NCBI GenBank assembly: GCA_038045705.1 | Contig: JBBSXO010000007.1 | Span: forward strand, 1 to 45,593 | Origin: Nanobdellota archaeon | GTDB lineage: Archaea > Nanobdellota > Nanobdellia > Pacearchaeales > GW2011-AR1 | DNA length: 45,593 bases | Direction: 5' to 3' | In this document: one piece after another, positions 35,523 to 45,593 of the stretch | Layout of the letters: each line of letters starts with the position of its first letter | Numbering within the stretch: the stretch's first letter is position 1 | Position numbers and translations under genes: made by a program | The notes under the pieces: generated by a model | Databases searched by the model: none | Seen by the model: the letters and a program-made list of their open reading frames with translations, nothing else | What the model was told of the DNA's origin: nothing

Positions 35523-36347
35523 ATGAAAAATAGTTTGATATTAGTAGGTATATTCATAATTCTTATTGCAGTTGTCTCGGCATTTATTTTTATAACTGGC
35601 AATCAAGATAAGGAAGTTGAAGATGAAAGTTATCTAAAAAATGAAAATTTACAACCAAATATCGAAGAAAACTCTGAAGATACGAGTGAAGATGATCTCT
35701 CTGAACCATCTCAAAAAAAATTACCTGTTCTCATGAATTTAGGTCTCGATATAGAACCATTGAATAAAGAAACTAACTTGGCAGGTGATTTAATTTTTAG
35801 TAAATCTCTCGTTTACGATGATGGGCACATTTCAGGTGATAAGACATTTGTTGATTTTGGAATTAAGGAGAAGTATTTTTCTGATGGTATTGGGAATGTA
35901 GAATACTGGTTTCATGTACCTTTGAATACAAAAGTCAAAGCTCCTGCTGGGGGTGTTGTTAAAATTGATTATTTTGAGCACACCGATGATTGGGGTGTTA
36001 GTATTCTTCCTAAAAATTCAGATTTAATTGTAAGTTTTGAACATCTTGTTAATTTGATGGTGAAAGATGGAGATTATGTAACTGCCGGAGAATTTATAGG
36101 AGAGGCAGCTCCCAGAAAGACTTTTGATTACAAGATTGCTATGACTGAGCTGGCTGTTTGGAAAGGTGGTAGTACAATAATGAAGTATTGTCCATTTGAT
36201 TATTTAGACGAATCGTTAAAGCCAGTTTATCAGGAAAAATTAAATAAGTTAGCAACAGAATGGGAAGAGTTTGTGGGTAAGGATGTTTATGAACAGGAAA
36301 AGTGGGTCTCTCCTGGATGCTTAGTAAATTCTATACGGGAAAGATAG
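35523..36347 (+). CDS. Membrane-anchored M23-peptidase-like protein (degenerate motifs)
   Basis: TM helix and acidic linker; VKAPAGG, FEHL...VKDGDYVTAGEFIG, CPFDYL. Confidence 0.7.
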   Translation: MKNSLILVGIFIILIAVVSAFIFITGNQDKEVEDESYLKNENLQPNIEENSEDTSEDDLSEPSQKKLPVLMNLGLDIEPLNKETNLAGDLIFSKSLVYDDGHISGDKTFVDFGIKEKYFSDGIGNVEYWFHVPLNTKVKAPAGGVVKIDYFEHTDDWGVSILPKNSDLIVSFEHLVNLMVKDGDYVTAGEFIGEAAPRKTFDYKIAMTELAVWKGGSTIMKYCPFDYLDESLKPVYQEKLNKLATEWEEFVGKDVYEQEKWVSPGCLVNSIRER

Positions 36348-36407
36348 ATAGCACCCTTAGAAAAAAACATTTATGATAGATGTCTAAAAAAGATAATTTA
36401 ATTATAA

Positions 36408-36692
36408 TTACTTCTTACTTTTTGGTGCAGAATATATTTTCTGTACTGCAAAAGATTTGTATATTCCTTCTAAAATGTCTGTTCCTGCATAACCCGATAA
36501 TAAAGAAAGTCTAGGGTCGAAGTTGAAGACAATTCCTACAAAGATTCCAATTATTACTGCAGTTAATACAGTGATTAAATAATAATTCCAGATTATTCTT
36601 CGTCTTAAAGAGAGAGCTTTTAGCAAACCGACTACGCCTCTCGTCAAGCCACCTATTGCTCCAAGAAGTCCTGCAGCCATTATTGGATCCAT
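36408..36692 (-). CDS. Small membrane protein (2-3 TM)
   Basis: GAIGGLTRG..G and GYAGTDILE glycine-rich TM helices. Confidence 0.75.
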   Translation of the reverse strand: MDPIMAAGLLGAIGGLTRGVVGLLKALSLRRRIIWNYYLITVLTAVIIGIFVGIVFNFDPRLSLLSGYAGTDILEGIYKSFAVQKIYSAPKSKK

Positions 36693-36793
36693 TATCGTTT
36701 TTAGTAATTGTTTTATTTAAAGGTTTTTGAATTGAACTCTGGACAGAGCCTTGAATTGATAAAGCTTAAATATAAAGATTTTGAGGCAATTCT

Positions 36794-37111
36794 ATGGCTG
36801 AAGAAAAACCAAAATATAATTTTAGGCAAGTTGGAATATACTTAGATGCTTATAATAGTTTATGCATGACTAGGGATAAAGCTAAAGCTATTCTAAGAAG
36901 ATTTCCTGCTTTGCCTCAAATAAGAGAGCAAACAGATGAAGAAGATCCAATTGCAGACTCTGAATCGCGAACGAATGTCTATACTAGAAGAGAAGCCCTT
37001 CGAGATCTTATTAGAGATTATACGACTTATAGAGATATGATTCCCAAAGAGTTTTGGGATCGAGAACCACTTAAAGGGCTTATTAAAGAGATATTGTCTA
37101 TTTTTAAGTAA
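36794..37111 (+). CDS. Hypothetical protein, paralog of 35087-35353
   Basis: GAGG RBS; motif similarity to 35087-35353. Confidence 0.65.
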   Translation: MAEEKPKYNFRQVGIYLDAYNSLCMTRDKAKAILRRFPALPQIREQTDEEDPIADSESRTNVYTRREALRDLIRDYTTYRDMIPKEFWDREPLKGLIKEILSIFK

Positions 37112-37152
37112 TTTAATTATTTGATAATAATTATTAAATGCCAAACTGCTTA

Positions 37153-38094
37153 TTATTTCCTAATCTTACCAGATTGCCAGTCTTTCAGAACTAATCGTGC
37201 TACTCTATCCATATCAATTGCTCCACCTTTAATTAATAAATTCCTTTTTCTTCCTAATTCTTCCAATAATATTTCGGAATCTCCATTTGCTTCAACTTCG
37301 TAATGGCTTTCAAAAAGACCAGGGTTGTCGGACATTATTTGAGCTACTACAAATTCGGGATTTTTTGTTGAGTCATATGTGCGAACGCCAATCATCGCAT
37401 GTTTTTTTAAATGAGATAACTGACTTGCAGCTGCATCTTCATCAGACATTACTCCAGGAGTATCTAAGAGCATTAGTCCTTGTGCTAACCTTACCTTTTG
37501 AATTCCTCTTGTAAAACCCGCTTTGGGAGAGGTTCTGGCTGCGCCTCTGCCAGTTAGCATATTAATTATTGAACTCTTTCCTACATTAGGATATCCGATT
37601 ATTCCAACATGAACTTCATTTCCAGTTTTGAAGAATTTTTTCATACCTATACCTTGTTTATGGAGTTCTAGATGTTCTTGTTCCATATGTTCATTTGATT
37701 CAGACTTATTTTTTGCCCTCTTAAATTTCTTAGCTTGTATTTTTATTAGCTCTCTTAACTCTCTTCTACCATGATGAGACTTGCATGAAAGGAAAACATA
37801 AGGCTTTGTATCTTCTAGATCTCCAGATTGTTCTATCTTTACATGGTCTACTAGATCTGCTTTGTTTAAAATGTAAATTAAAATCTTCCCATGCTCTCTT
37901 GCAAATTGTTCCATTTGAAAATTACGAGTTTCTTTGATAAATCTAGCATCTAAAATTTCTAAGACTATATCTGAAGAAATGATTACTTCTTTAGCTAATG
38001 AGGGATATTCCTGTCTATGTTTATTGTGCGGATCTATCTTTCTTGTTTTTCTGCTTGAAAATGTGAATTTAACCCTCATGTTATAAATAGGCAT
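37153..38094 (-). CDS. Circularly permuted ribosome-biogenesis GTPase (RbgA/YlqF family)
   Basis: LDAR, G4 NKAD before G1 GYPNVGKS, G2 T, G3 DTPG. Confidence 0.93.
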   Translation of the reverse strand: MPIYNMRVKFTFSSRKTRKIDPHNKHRQEYPSLAKEVIISSDIVLEILDARFIKETRNFQMEQFAREHGKILIYILNKADLVDHVKIEQSGDLEDTKPYVFLSCKSHHGRRELRELIKIQAKKFKRAKNKSESNEHMEQEHLELHKQGIGMKKFFKTGNEVHVGIIGYPNVGKSSIINMLTGRGAARTSPKAGFTRGIQKVRLAQGLMLLDTPGVMSDEDAAASQLSHLKKHAMIGVRTYDSTKNPEFVVAQIMSDNPGLFESHYEVEANGDSEILLEELGRKRNLLIKGGAIDMDRVARLVLKDWQSGKIRK

Positions 38095-38166
38095 TTGTAG
38101 TTTAAAAATGGATGTTTTTCTATGCTAAACAACAATTCTTTTATAAGACAGTTGCATCTGTAATTT

Positions 38167-39303
38167 ATGTTAAAGCGTTTAATGTCTAAGATGTCTGTTG
38201 GGCTTATTGTCACTAATGCTGTAAGACTAATTCTGATACTTGGTTTCTTTAGTGCCTTTAGTAGTGGTAGAGAGTTAGCAATGGCATTTTGCGTAATTGC
38301 TTTTGTTGCAACTTTTATCCCTAAGATTCTTGCTCGTTTTGGAATTAAAACTGGCTCTGAGATGCAGATAGTCATTTTACTGATAATTTACGGTGCTTTA
38401 TTTCTTGGAGAAGTAAGAGGAGCATTTGCTAGTTTATGGTGGTGGGACATTTTGCTTAAAGGAGTTGCTGCACTTGCACTTAGCTTTATTGGTCTTACTA
38501 TAATTCTTGTTCTTGAAGATCAAGAACATTTAGATTCAAGTACATTTATGATGATATTTCTAGCTTTTGCATTATCATTCACATTGGGAGCTATTTGGGA
38601 AGTAATAGAATTTTCACTTGATAATATATTTGGATTTGCGCTTCAACAGATTGGGACAGGCGTTGTTGCACATGATTTGATAATTGACGGATTTGCTGCT
38701 TTTTTAGTTTCTACCGGGGGTTATTTATATAGAAAAAAAGGAATATGGAATCCTATGAGCGGACTTGTTGTTGGCATAATGAAGAAAAATCATAAATTAT
38801 TTATGTCTAATAAAAATCTTGAAAATTCAAGTGATAAAATAAGGTCAATGATAGAGAAAGGCGAGGGTCCTAAACTAGAATTTAAATCTTCTATTAGAAC
38901 TAATCTACACACTAATTTAATTGATAAAAATATGGAAAATGCTATTTTGAAAACAATAGTTGCTTATCTTAACACAGATGGTGGAATTTTGATTGTTGGG
39001 GTTTCTGATAAAGGGGAAATTCTTGGACTTGAGAAAGATGCCTTTGTTAGTGAAGATAAACTTAGGTTGTATGTAAATAATATAATTAAAGATTATATTG
39101 GTGCTCAATTTATGCATTTTGTACATTATGATTTGTTTGAGATAGATAGTAAAAAAATTCTTAAAATAGAATGCACTTCAAGCAACAAGAGAGTTTTTCT
39201 TAAAGATAATGGTCAAGAAGATTTCTATATAAGGAATGGTCCTTCAACAATTAAGTTGTATGGAAATTCATTGGTTGATTATATCAATGATAAATTTGAT
39301 TAA
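38167..39303 (+). CDS. DUF2238-like membrane domain fused to a Schlafen AlbA_2 domain
   Basis: About 7 TM helices with WWWD and WE..EF..D; C-terminal GEGPKLEFKSS, AYLNTDGGILIVGVSD, FYIRNG. Confidence 0.85.
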   Translation: MLKRLMSKMSVGLIVTNAVRLILILGFFSAFSSGRELAMAFCVIAFVATFIPKILARFGIKTGSEMQIVILLIIYGALFLGEVRGAFASLWWWDILLKGVAALALSFIGLTIILVLEDQEHLDSSTFMMIFLAFALSFTLGAIWEVIEFSLDNIFGFALQQIGTGVVAHDLIIDGFAAFLVSTGGYLYRKKGIWNPMSGLVVGIMKKNHKLFMSNKNLENSSDKIRSMIEKGEGPKLEFKSSIRTNLHTNLIDKNMENAILKTIVAYLNTDGGILIVGVSDKGEILGLEKDAFVSEDKLRLYVNNIIKDYIGAQFMHFVHYDLFEIDSKKILKIECTSSNKRVFLKDNGQEDFYIRNGPSTIKLYGNSLVDYINDKFD

Positions 39304-39337
39304 TTATATTTATAAGCCACCATAACCATGTTTTTTT

Positions 39338-42300
39338 ATGAGGAAAGATGTCGTTGTTATTATATCAGTTATTTCAATTTTCATTTTTCTTTTATTTTTT
39401 TATAATAGTTTTGATATTAAGTTAAATAAAATAGTTACTGGAAATTCTATTGCTGATTTATTTGAATCATTTAAAGATGATACTTCTCTTTCTCCTGAAA
39501 ATGGTGGTGAAGGATCTCCAGATGCCCTTGTTACTCTTGGTTTGGATGAGATTTTTATAAATAACACAAATAGCCTTGCTATTTCAAATCAATTAGCATC
39601 TGTCCCAATAACATTTCAAGAAAATGAGGCTACTGATGCAAATATATTTCAATTTATCTTAAGAGATGGTTCTGGAACAAATTTACCTAGTCAAATACAG
39701 CCTACTTCTTATTATCCTAAATCTGGGAGCATAAGGACAGCTGTTGCACATGTAAAAGTCTCTCTTAATCCGGGACAGGAAGTAATTTATAGAATTGTTA
39801 GAGATGCTAGTTGGACTCCTCCTGCTTTTCAGTTTCATTCTTCTGTTAATACTTTTTTACAAAGTGGACAGGTTAAAGCAGTGAGTCGTGATGTTAATCA
39901 GGCTCCTTATCAAGTAACCTTTGATATATCTCAAGCAAGACTTGTTTTGGATGGACCTCTTATAAAGATTTATGAATACCACAAAGCACATCGTCCAATT
40001 GGTTCTGCAGACTTAACTCATTTAGGATCTTCTGTATTTTATGTTACTTTTGTTTCTAATGAACCTCTTGCTAGAGTCCAGCATTTATGGGTAAACACCC
40101 ATAATCTTGATGAGCTTACCAGAGTTCGTGATGCTAACAATGAATGGATTTATAGCGAAGGACAGAATGGACATATGAAATATCATGACTTAAATCTTTA
40201 CATCAATACTACTGCTGGAAATTCTATGAGTGGTTTTTTAGAAGATAGACAATATATATTTCCTACATCTGTCAGTCAAGAAACAAACGCTGTTGCTGTT
40301 TCAATAATGCCTTCAAATGGTCAGGAGTTGCTTGGAACTGATATTAGATCTATGAATCGATGTAGTGATGGGTGTCAGTTTAATCCGGGAAATTATACTT
40401 GTTCTAGAGTCAGTGGTACTGGTTCTTGTAGCTTAGTTGAAAGAGGAGGATATACTAACCCTCAAAGCCCTCCTAAAAATTATATCGGAACTGGACAAGG
40501 TTTAGGAACTGAAGTTGTTGTTTATTTTTCTAATAGGGTCGGAACAAACTCAAACTATTTTGTTGAAAATGGAATTTATTCAGGTCAATCTCTTGGTCGT
40601 TATTCTCTTGTTGATAGCCCTATTTATTCTGAGCTTCCTGATCCTGAATCATTAGGGTCTAAAAATGGATATCTTGGTCATGCTATTTGGAATTTTGCAT
40701 TAGATGCAAATGAAGAACTTAACGGAGGCAACCTCTATTCTTCAGATATAGGTTCAACTATACCTTTGATGAATAGCAATCCTTATCGTTTTGGAGAGGG
40801 TGGAACTGGAAGAAGAGAAATGGGTTCTGCTGGAGAAGGAGAGACTGTTAACACAATTCAAACACTTTACGTCAAGTATATGCTTTCTTGCTTCGAAAGG
40901 TGTGAAAAAAAATATTTAGATGCGATGAGATATATGAGTATAAGTATTCCTTATATTCCTCATCATCTAGTTGGATTTAATCCTGAAAATCATACTGAAG
41001 CTAGCATAGCTCCTTATCGCACTAGACCTTTTTCTATTAGCTCGCAAGTTAATCCTGCGGAGGATGGTACTTTCTGCGGACTAGCAAGAATAACAATTCA
41101 GAGAACTGGTCAGCCGTTTACTCCTAAAGATTTTCTTGGTTATTGCGATCAGGTCAACAATTCTCAACCTCATGCTCTAAATTATCCTGTTGGGATTTAT
41201 GGTTTGTCAAGACAGTGGACTGGGTGGGATGATGCACATTTTGGACCAAATAGACTAGCAAATTATTATGAGTCTACAGGAGATTTAATGGTTTTACATT
41301 TATACAAAGATATAACTGATACATGGGCTAGCGTTTTCCATAATGTTGGATCTCTTGGAGGAATAAGAGGACAACAAAGAGGACAAGGAAGAGCAATGGT
41401 TGCTATATCAGAATTATATAGAATAACTAAAAATCCTTATTATAAAAGGACTTTAGAGTTTCAACCATCTTTAATTGAACTATACACTCTTAATAGAAAT
41501 GCTATTGGTAGTAGAGGGACTAATCCAGTTACGGGAGATCCATTTCCTGTCGGATTTATGGGTACAAAGAATGACCCTGCAGCAATTAATCGTCATGCAA
41601 GTGGTAATACAAATGTGGGGGTTGCATGGGAAGATGCAATCGTTGATGAAGGACTTTACAATATTTATGCCGATATAACTGATGATCAACTAGTTTTATC
41701 TACGATAGAGAGAATATTTGATCATCAACTTACTTATTTATTTCAATATGCTTACAAGGAACCTACTGAAGTAAGAAATGGTGTATCTCTTACTCATTCT
41801 TTGAGCGGTCAAAATGTCCCTGTTGCTGAAGGTAGTGGCACTTTCACTCAATGGACTGTCGTTGGTCCAGCTTCTGGATTCCCATTACAAAATTTCAATG
41901 ATTATACTAGATTTTACCACACTGATAGATTCTTTTATTGGATGCAATATTCAATGTGTGCAATGATTAGGGATTACTCTCAAGACCCTACTCTTAAACA
42001 GAAACTAAAAGGTGCTTTTGAATCAGCTTATATTTATTATTTGGGAGGAGGAGATGCAAGTCAAAGATGGGCAGATAGAGGACTTAACTTAGGAAAGTTT
42101 GAGGGATATCAGCTTTGTTCATTGACTTATTTAATGAATATTTCTACGGCTACTGGTCAGGGATCTGTATGTACTGATAACGATGGTGATGGGTGGTCTA
42201 ATTGTCTTGGAGATTGTAATGATAACAATATTAACATTAATCCAAATATTATAGAAAGAGGTGCTCTTTGTAGCGATAGCTTAGATAATAATTGTAACAC

Positions 42301-45300
42301 TTTGAGAGATTGTAATGATGCTCAATGCAGTAATCCTACATTTAGTAGTTCTGCTTGCGTAGGAATAGCTTATTGTGGCAATCTTGTATCTGAGCCTTCA
42401 ATAGGTGAACAATGTGATGTTAATCCTCTTAATACAGTTGGTGCAAATTCATGTTCTGAAGGTAGATGTGTTCCATCATATGCTTATGCTCCTGGATTAA
42501 ATTGTCTTTGTTCTTTAGGTGTTGCTCCTCCAACTGTTCGTAACCCAATACCTCTTGGTCGTGTTATACTTGCGAATCCTACAACAATTGGCGTTGGCAC
42601 TAATGTTGAATCAATTTGTAAATTTGACATAAGGCCGAATATAGATTACTTATCAATGCAAAATACTTTCTCAACTACTGGTGGATTGACACATTCTCAT
42701 CAATTAAGCGGACTAATTGAAGGAGCTCATACTTACCATGTTCGTTGCCAAGGAGTATCTAATAATTTAGTAAATATACAAGACTTTCTGCTTAGATTTA
42801 CGCTAGATGGAACAGCTCCAAGAGTTACTAATCCTGTTCCAGCAAATGATTCTACAATTCCAAATACTAATTCTTTGAGTATTCAAACAAACGTAAATGA
42901 CGAATATCCAATGGATCTAGAAGTATATTTGAAAAAACCTAATGAACAAGGATTTAATTTGATTTTACAAGAATCTCTTCCTGCTGGAAGTAACATTAGA
43001 ACTTATACTGAATTGCCTCAACGAATAAATTTAGAACCAACTCTTAATGCATTCTATGATTTTGAAGGAAATACTAATGATAAATCTGGAAGAAATAATA
43101 ACCCAGTCACTATACAAGGTTCTAGTACCCAGGGAATTTTTGGCACTGGGCGTTATTTTGATGGAAGTCAACAACAAATTATCAGTCTTGGAAATATAGG
43201 TTCTACTGCTTCAAATGCTGGGCTACTGCAATTTACTGGTCTTAGAACACTTACTCTTGAAGGGTGGATTAAACCAGATTTATTACAACCAGGAATATCT
43301 AACTCTCCTGGAAGCACTCCAAATGTTTATCTTTTTGGTAAAAAGGGAGACAATCAAGGATATGGATTAAGATTAATACAACAAGGAGGATCTTATTATT
43401 TGAGAGGAATAGTAGGTTATCCGAATATTCTTGGTGGTCAGACTCGAACAGTGACTTCTTCTAGTGCGATTACATTGAATCAGTGGCACCATGTTGCTTT
43501 GGTTGCTCAATCTACAAGTGGCACTAGTGGAAGCATTACGATTTACATTGACGGTCAGGAAGCTGGAACTACGCCTTGGTTGGAATCAGCTTCTGGACTT
43601 AACAATAACAGATTAACACACACAAACTCTTGGTCATTCACTATGGGTAGTCCTTCAAGGAGTTCTGCTTCAACTGAAGCTGGAGGATCTTTTACAGGAA
43701 TTATAGATGAAGTTATTGTTTATAATAGATCTCTTAACGCTTTAGAAATTCAAGCACATGCTTCTCCATTAGTTGCATGGCCTCAAGGGAGATATGATTG
43801 GGAAGTTAGGGCAGATGATAATATATTTTCTGTTGTTAAAAATTATCATTTTAATATGCAATCAGCCACTGGAGATCCTGCTCCTATTTTAAGTTCGTTG
43901 AATCCTTCTTCTACTACTATTCTTCCCCAAACAGTTCAACTTATAGGAAGTAATTTTGTTCCTGGTTCTATTGTTTTGCTTAATGGACAGATTCTTCCTT
44001 CTTCTATTGTGTCTAGTTTTGTGACCAGTTCAAGAATAGATGTTACATTCCCTTCTAATTATCCACTTGGAGTTTACCAAATAAAAGTTAGAAATCCTGA
44101 TTTCCAGATTAGTTCAACTCAAAGTTTAACATTGCAATCATCTACTTTAGGAATGCCTTCATGTACGATAAGTTCTTGGCAAACAACTTCTTCACTTTCT
44201 GGATTCTCTACGCAAGGAGCTCATGACAGTGCTGCTACTGCATATAATAATTATATATATATTTCAGGGGGACAATGGGGAGCTGTTAGACCAAATAATC
44301 AAATATATAGAGCTTCTATAAACTCAGATGGTTCTCTGGGAACTTGGAACTTATTGACTACTATGCCTGAAGGTTTACAGGATCACAAAATGGTAATTAA
44401 TAGAAATCCTTCTGGGAATGGTGCTACTGTTTATCTTATAGGAGGATTGGCAGATAGAGGAAGCGGAGAAGTTGCAATAAATAATGTGAATTACGCCCCT
44501 GTTTTAAGTGATGGAACAATAGGATCTTGGACTGTTGGACCTAGATTAGATTTCACAACTCATGGACATGATATTGCAATATCTAATAATAAAATGTATA
44601 AATATGGAGGTGGTAGTGGTGGTGCTGGAATTAATATAGTTGAGTATGTTACAATTAATAATGATGGTAGTTTAACTGGAGATGGTTCTAATAGTTGGAT
44701 TAGAGGACCTACGCAAAATCTTCCAGTATCTAGAGCTTATTATCTTGCAGGAGGACCTTATCCTGAATGGGATGTTGCTGGAACAGGAATAGTTCCAAAT
44801 AAAGTTTATGCTATTGGTGGAGAAGATGATTCTATGTGTGTTCCAACTACTACTCCTCCAATAAATACTAACTTAAATTCTGTTTTTGTTGCTACACCTC
44901 AATCAAATGGAGAAATAACCTCTTGGTCTTCAACTATATCTTTGCCAGAAGGAAGATTTGATCATTCCGCTAATTTTGTAAAAGATAGTATAATAGTTGT
45001 TGGTGGAATGAATCGTCCTCTACATACATCAAATACTTGCGCATTCCAAGATGCTACTGCTAAAGACACTGTTTTCATAGCAAGATTGGATCAAAATGGA
45101 AATATTGTTAGATGGTATAATGGGCTTAGTCTTCCTTCGCCTCGAGGAGATCATACTTCAGTAATTTATAATAATAATATTTATGTTTTAGGTGGAAGAT
45201 CTACTAATTTGAATGGTCCGTATCCTTCTCAAGTTTGGTATGCTTCACTTAACTGCGTTCCTCAATCATCTGGAACTGGAACTCCTTTGAGTTTTAGTCT

Positions 45301-45593
45301 TTCTAGAAACCCTATATCTGGATCTGTACAAAGAGGGAATTCTGTTTCTACAACGGTTACTGCAACTCATACTTCTGGAACTTCATCTACAGTGGCATTT
45401 ACTGCTACTAACTTATCTGCTGGGATTTCTGCGTTATTTAATCCAACAAGTTGTACTCCTTCTAGTGGAAATCCTTGCTCTTCAACTCTTACACTATCTG
45501 CTTCTGGATCTGCTACTTTGGTTTCTAATCAAAGTGTGATAATTACTGGAACAAGTGGAACAGTTGTTAGAAATGTAAATTATAACTTAACTG
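39338..45593 (+). CDS. Giant multidomain surface protein (>2085 aa, truncated by window end)
   Basis: Read by hand in one frame from ATG 39338 (MRKDVVVIIS...) to the window end with no stop. N-terminal TM; lyase-like region; DNDGDG..DCND motif (~42170); LamG (WHHVA, IDEV, ~43050-43760); IPT/TIG (~43880-44130); Kelch repeats (YISGG, YLIGG, YAIGG, YVLGG, ~44170-45250). Confidence 0.9.
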   Translation, partial: MRKDVVVIISVISIFIFLLFFYNSFDIKLNKIVTGNSIADLFESFKDDTSLSPENGGEGSPDALVTLGLDEIFINNTNSLAISNQLASVPITFQENEATDANIFQFILRDGSGTNLPSQIQPTSYYPKSGSIRTAVAHVKVSLNPGQEVIYRIVRDASWTPPAFQFHSSVNTFLQSGQVKAVSRDVNQAPYQVTFDISQARLVLDGPLIKIYEYHKAHRPIGSADLTHLGSSVFYVTFVSNEPLARVQHLWVNTHNLDELTRVRDANNEWIYSEGQNGHMKYHDLNLYINTTAGNSMSGFLEDRQYIFPTSVSQETNAVAVSIMPSNGQELLGTDIRSMNRCSDGCQFNPGNYTCSRVSGTGSCSLVERGGYTNPQSPPKNYIGTGQGLGTEVVVYFSNRVGTNSNYFVENGIYSGQSLGRYSLVDSPIYSELPDPESLGSKNGYLGHAIWNFALDANEELNGGNLYSSDIGSTIPLMNSNPYRFGEGGTGRREMGSAGEGETVNTIQTLYVKYMLSCFERCEKKYLDAMRYMSISIPYIPHHLVGFNPENHTEASIAPYRTRPFSISSQVNPAEDGTFCGLARITIQRTGQPFTPKDFLGYCDQVNNSQPHALNYPVGIYGLSRQWTGWDDAHFGPNRLANYYESTGDLMVLHLYKDITDTWASVFHNVGSLGGIRGQQRGQGRAMVAISELYRITKNPYYKRTLEFQPSLIELYTLNRNAIGSRGTNPVTGDPFPVGFMGTKNDPAAINRHASGNTNVGVAWEDAIVDEGLYNIYADITDDQLVLSTIERIFDHQLTYLFQYAYKEPTEVRNGVSLTHSLSGQNVPVAEGSGTFTQWTVVGPASGFPLQNFNDYTRFYHTDRFFYWMQYSMCAMIRDYSQDPTLKQKLKGAFESAYIYYLGGGDASQRWADRGLNLGKFEGYQLCSLTYLMNISTATGQGSVCTDNDGDGWSNCLGDCNDNNININPNIIERGALCSDSLDNNCNTLRDCNDAQCSNPTFSSSACVGIAYCGNLVSEPSIGEQCDVNPLNTVGANSCSEGRCVPSYAYAPGLNCLCSLGVAPPTVRNPIPLGRVILANPTTIGVGTNVESICKFDIRPNIDYLSMQNTFSTTGGLTHSHQLSGLIEGAHTYHVRCQGVSNNLVNIQDFLLRFTLDGTAPRVTNPVPANDSTIPNTNSLSIQTNVNDEYPMDLEVYLKKPNEQGFNLILQESLPAGSNIRTYTELPQRINLEPTLNAFYDFEGNTNDKSGRNNNPVTIQGSSTQGIFGTGRYFDGSQQQIISLGNIGSTASNAGLLQFTGLRTLTLEGWIKPDLLQPGISNSPGSTPNVYLFGKKGDNQGYGLRLIQQGGSYYLRGIVGYPNILGGQTRTVTSSSAITLNQWHHVALVAQSTSGTSGSITIYIDGQEAGTTPWLESASGLNNNRLTHTNSWSFTMGSPSRSSASTEAGGSFTGIIDEVIVYNRSLNALEIQAHASPLVAWPQGRYDWEVRADDNIFSVVKNYHFNMQSATGDPAPILSSLNPSSTTILPQTVQLIGSNFVPGSIVLLNGQILPSSIVSSFVTSSRIDVTFPSNYPLGVYQIKVRNPDFQISSTQSLTLQSSTLGMPSCTISSWQTTSSLSGFSTQGAHDSAATAYNNYIYISGGQWGAVRPNNQIYRASINSDGSLGTWNLLTTMPEGLQDHKMVINRNPSGNGATVYLIGGLADRGSGEVAINNVNYAPVLSDGTIGSWTVGPRLDFTTHGHDIAISNNKMYKYGGGSGGAGINIVEYVTINNDGSLTGDGSNSWIRGPTQNLPVSRAYYLAGGPYPEWDVAGTGIVPNKVYAIGGEDDSMCVPTTTPPINTNLNSVFVATPQSNGEITSWSSTISLPEGRFDHSANFVKDSIIVVGGMNRPLHTSNTCAFQDATAKDTVFIARLDQNGNIVRWYNGLSLPSPRGDHTSVIYNNNIYVLGGRSTNLNGPYPSQVWYASLNCVPQSSGTGTPLSFSLSRNPISGSVQRGNSVSTTVTATHTSGTSSTVAFTATNLSAGISALFNPTSCTPSSGNPCSSTLTLSASGSATLVSNQSVIITGTSGTVVRNVNYNLT

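Overview
AT-rich archaeal chromosome segment, probably a DPANN (Pacearchaeota/Nanoarchaeota-like) genome. This is inferred from the archaeal DnaG, RNase HII, an A1-U72 initiator tRNA and many short membrane or surface ORFs. The main element is an apparently intact 11,304-bp casposon (16409-27712). It has perfect 35-bp terminal inverted repeats and a perfect 14-bp target-site duplication at the 3' end of tRNA-Ser(GCT). It encodes a solo Cas1 (casposase) with a C-terminal HTH, a family-B DNA polymerase, an HNH nuclease, HTH and Zn-ribbon regulators, and membrane or defence-like cargo. No CRISPR array is present. Downstream lies a run of accessory modules (Fic, M23-like, MNT-HEPN, patatin) separated by degenerate repeats that resemble the tRNA-Ser ends and the casposon target. 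Other notable items: a hingeless SMC with a central Rad50-type CxxC zinc hook, a divergent PurA, a VKOR/thioredoxin/CcdA operon, a membrane-Schlafen(AlbA_2) fusion, and a >2000-aa multidomain surface protein that runs off the right end and is missing from the ORF track.
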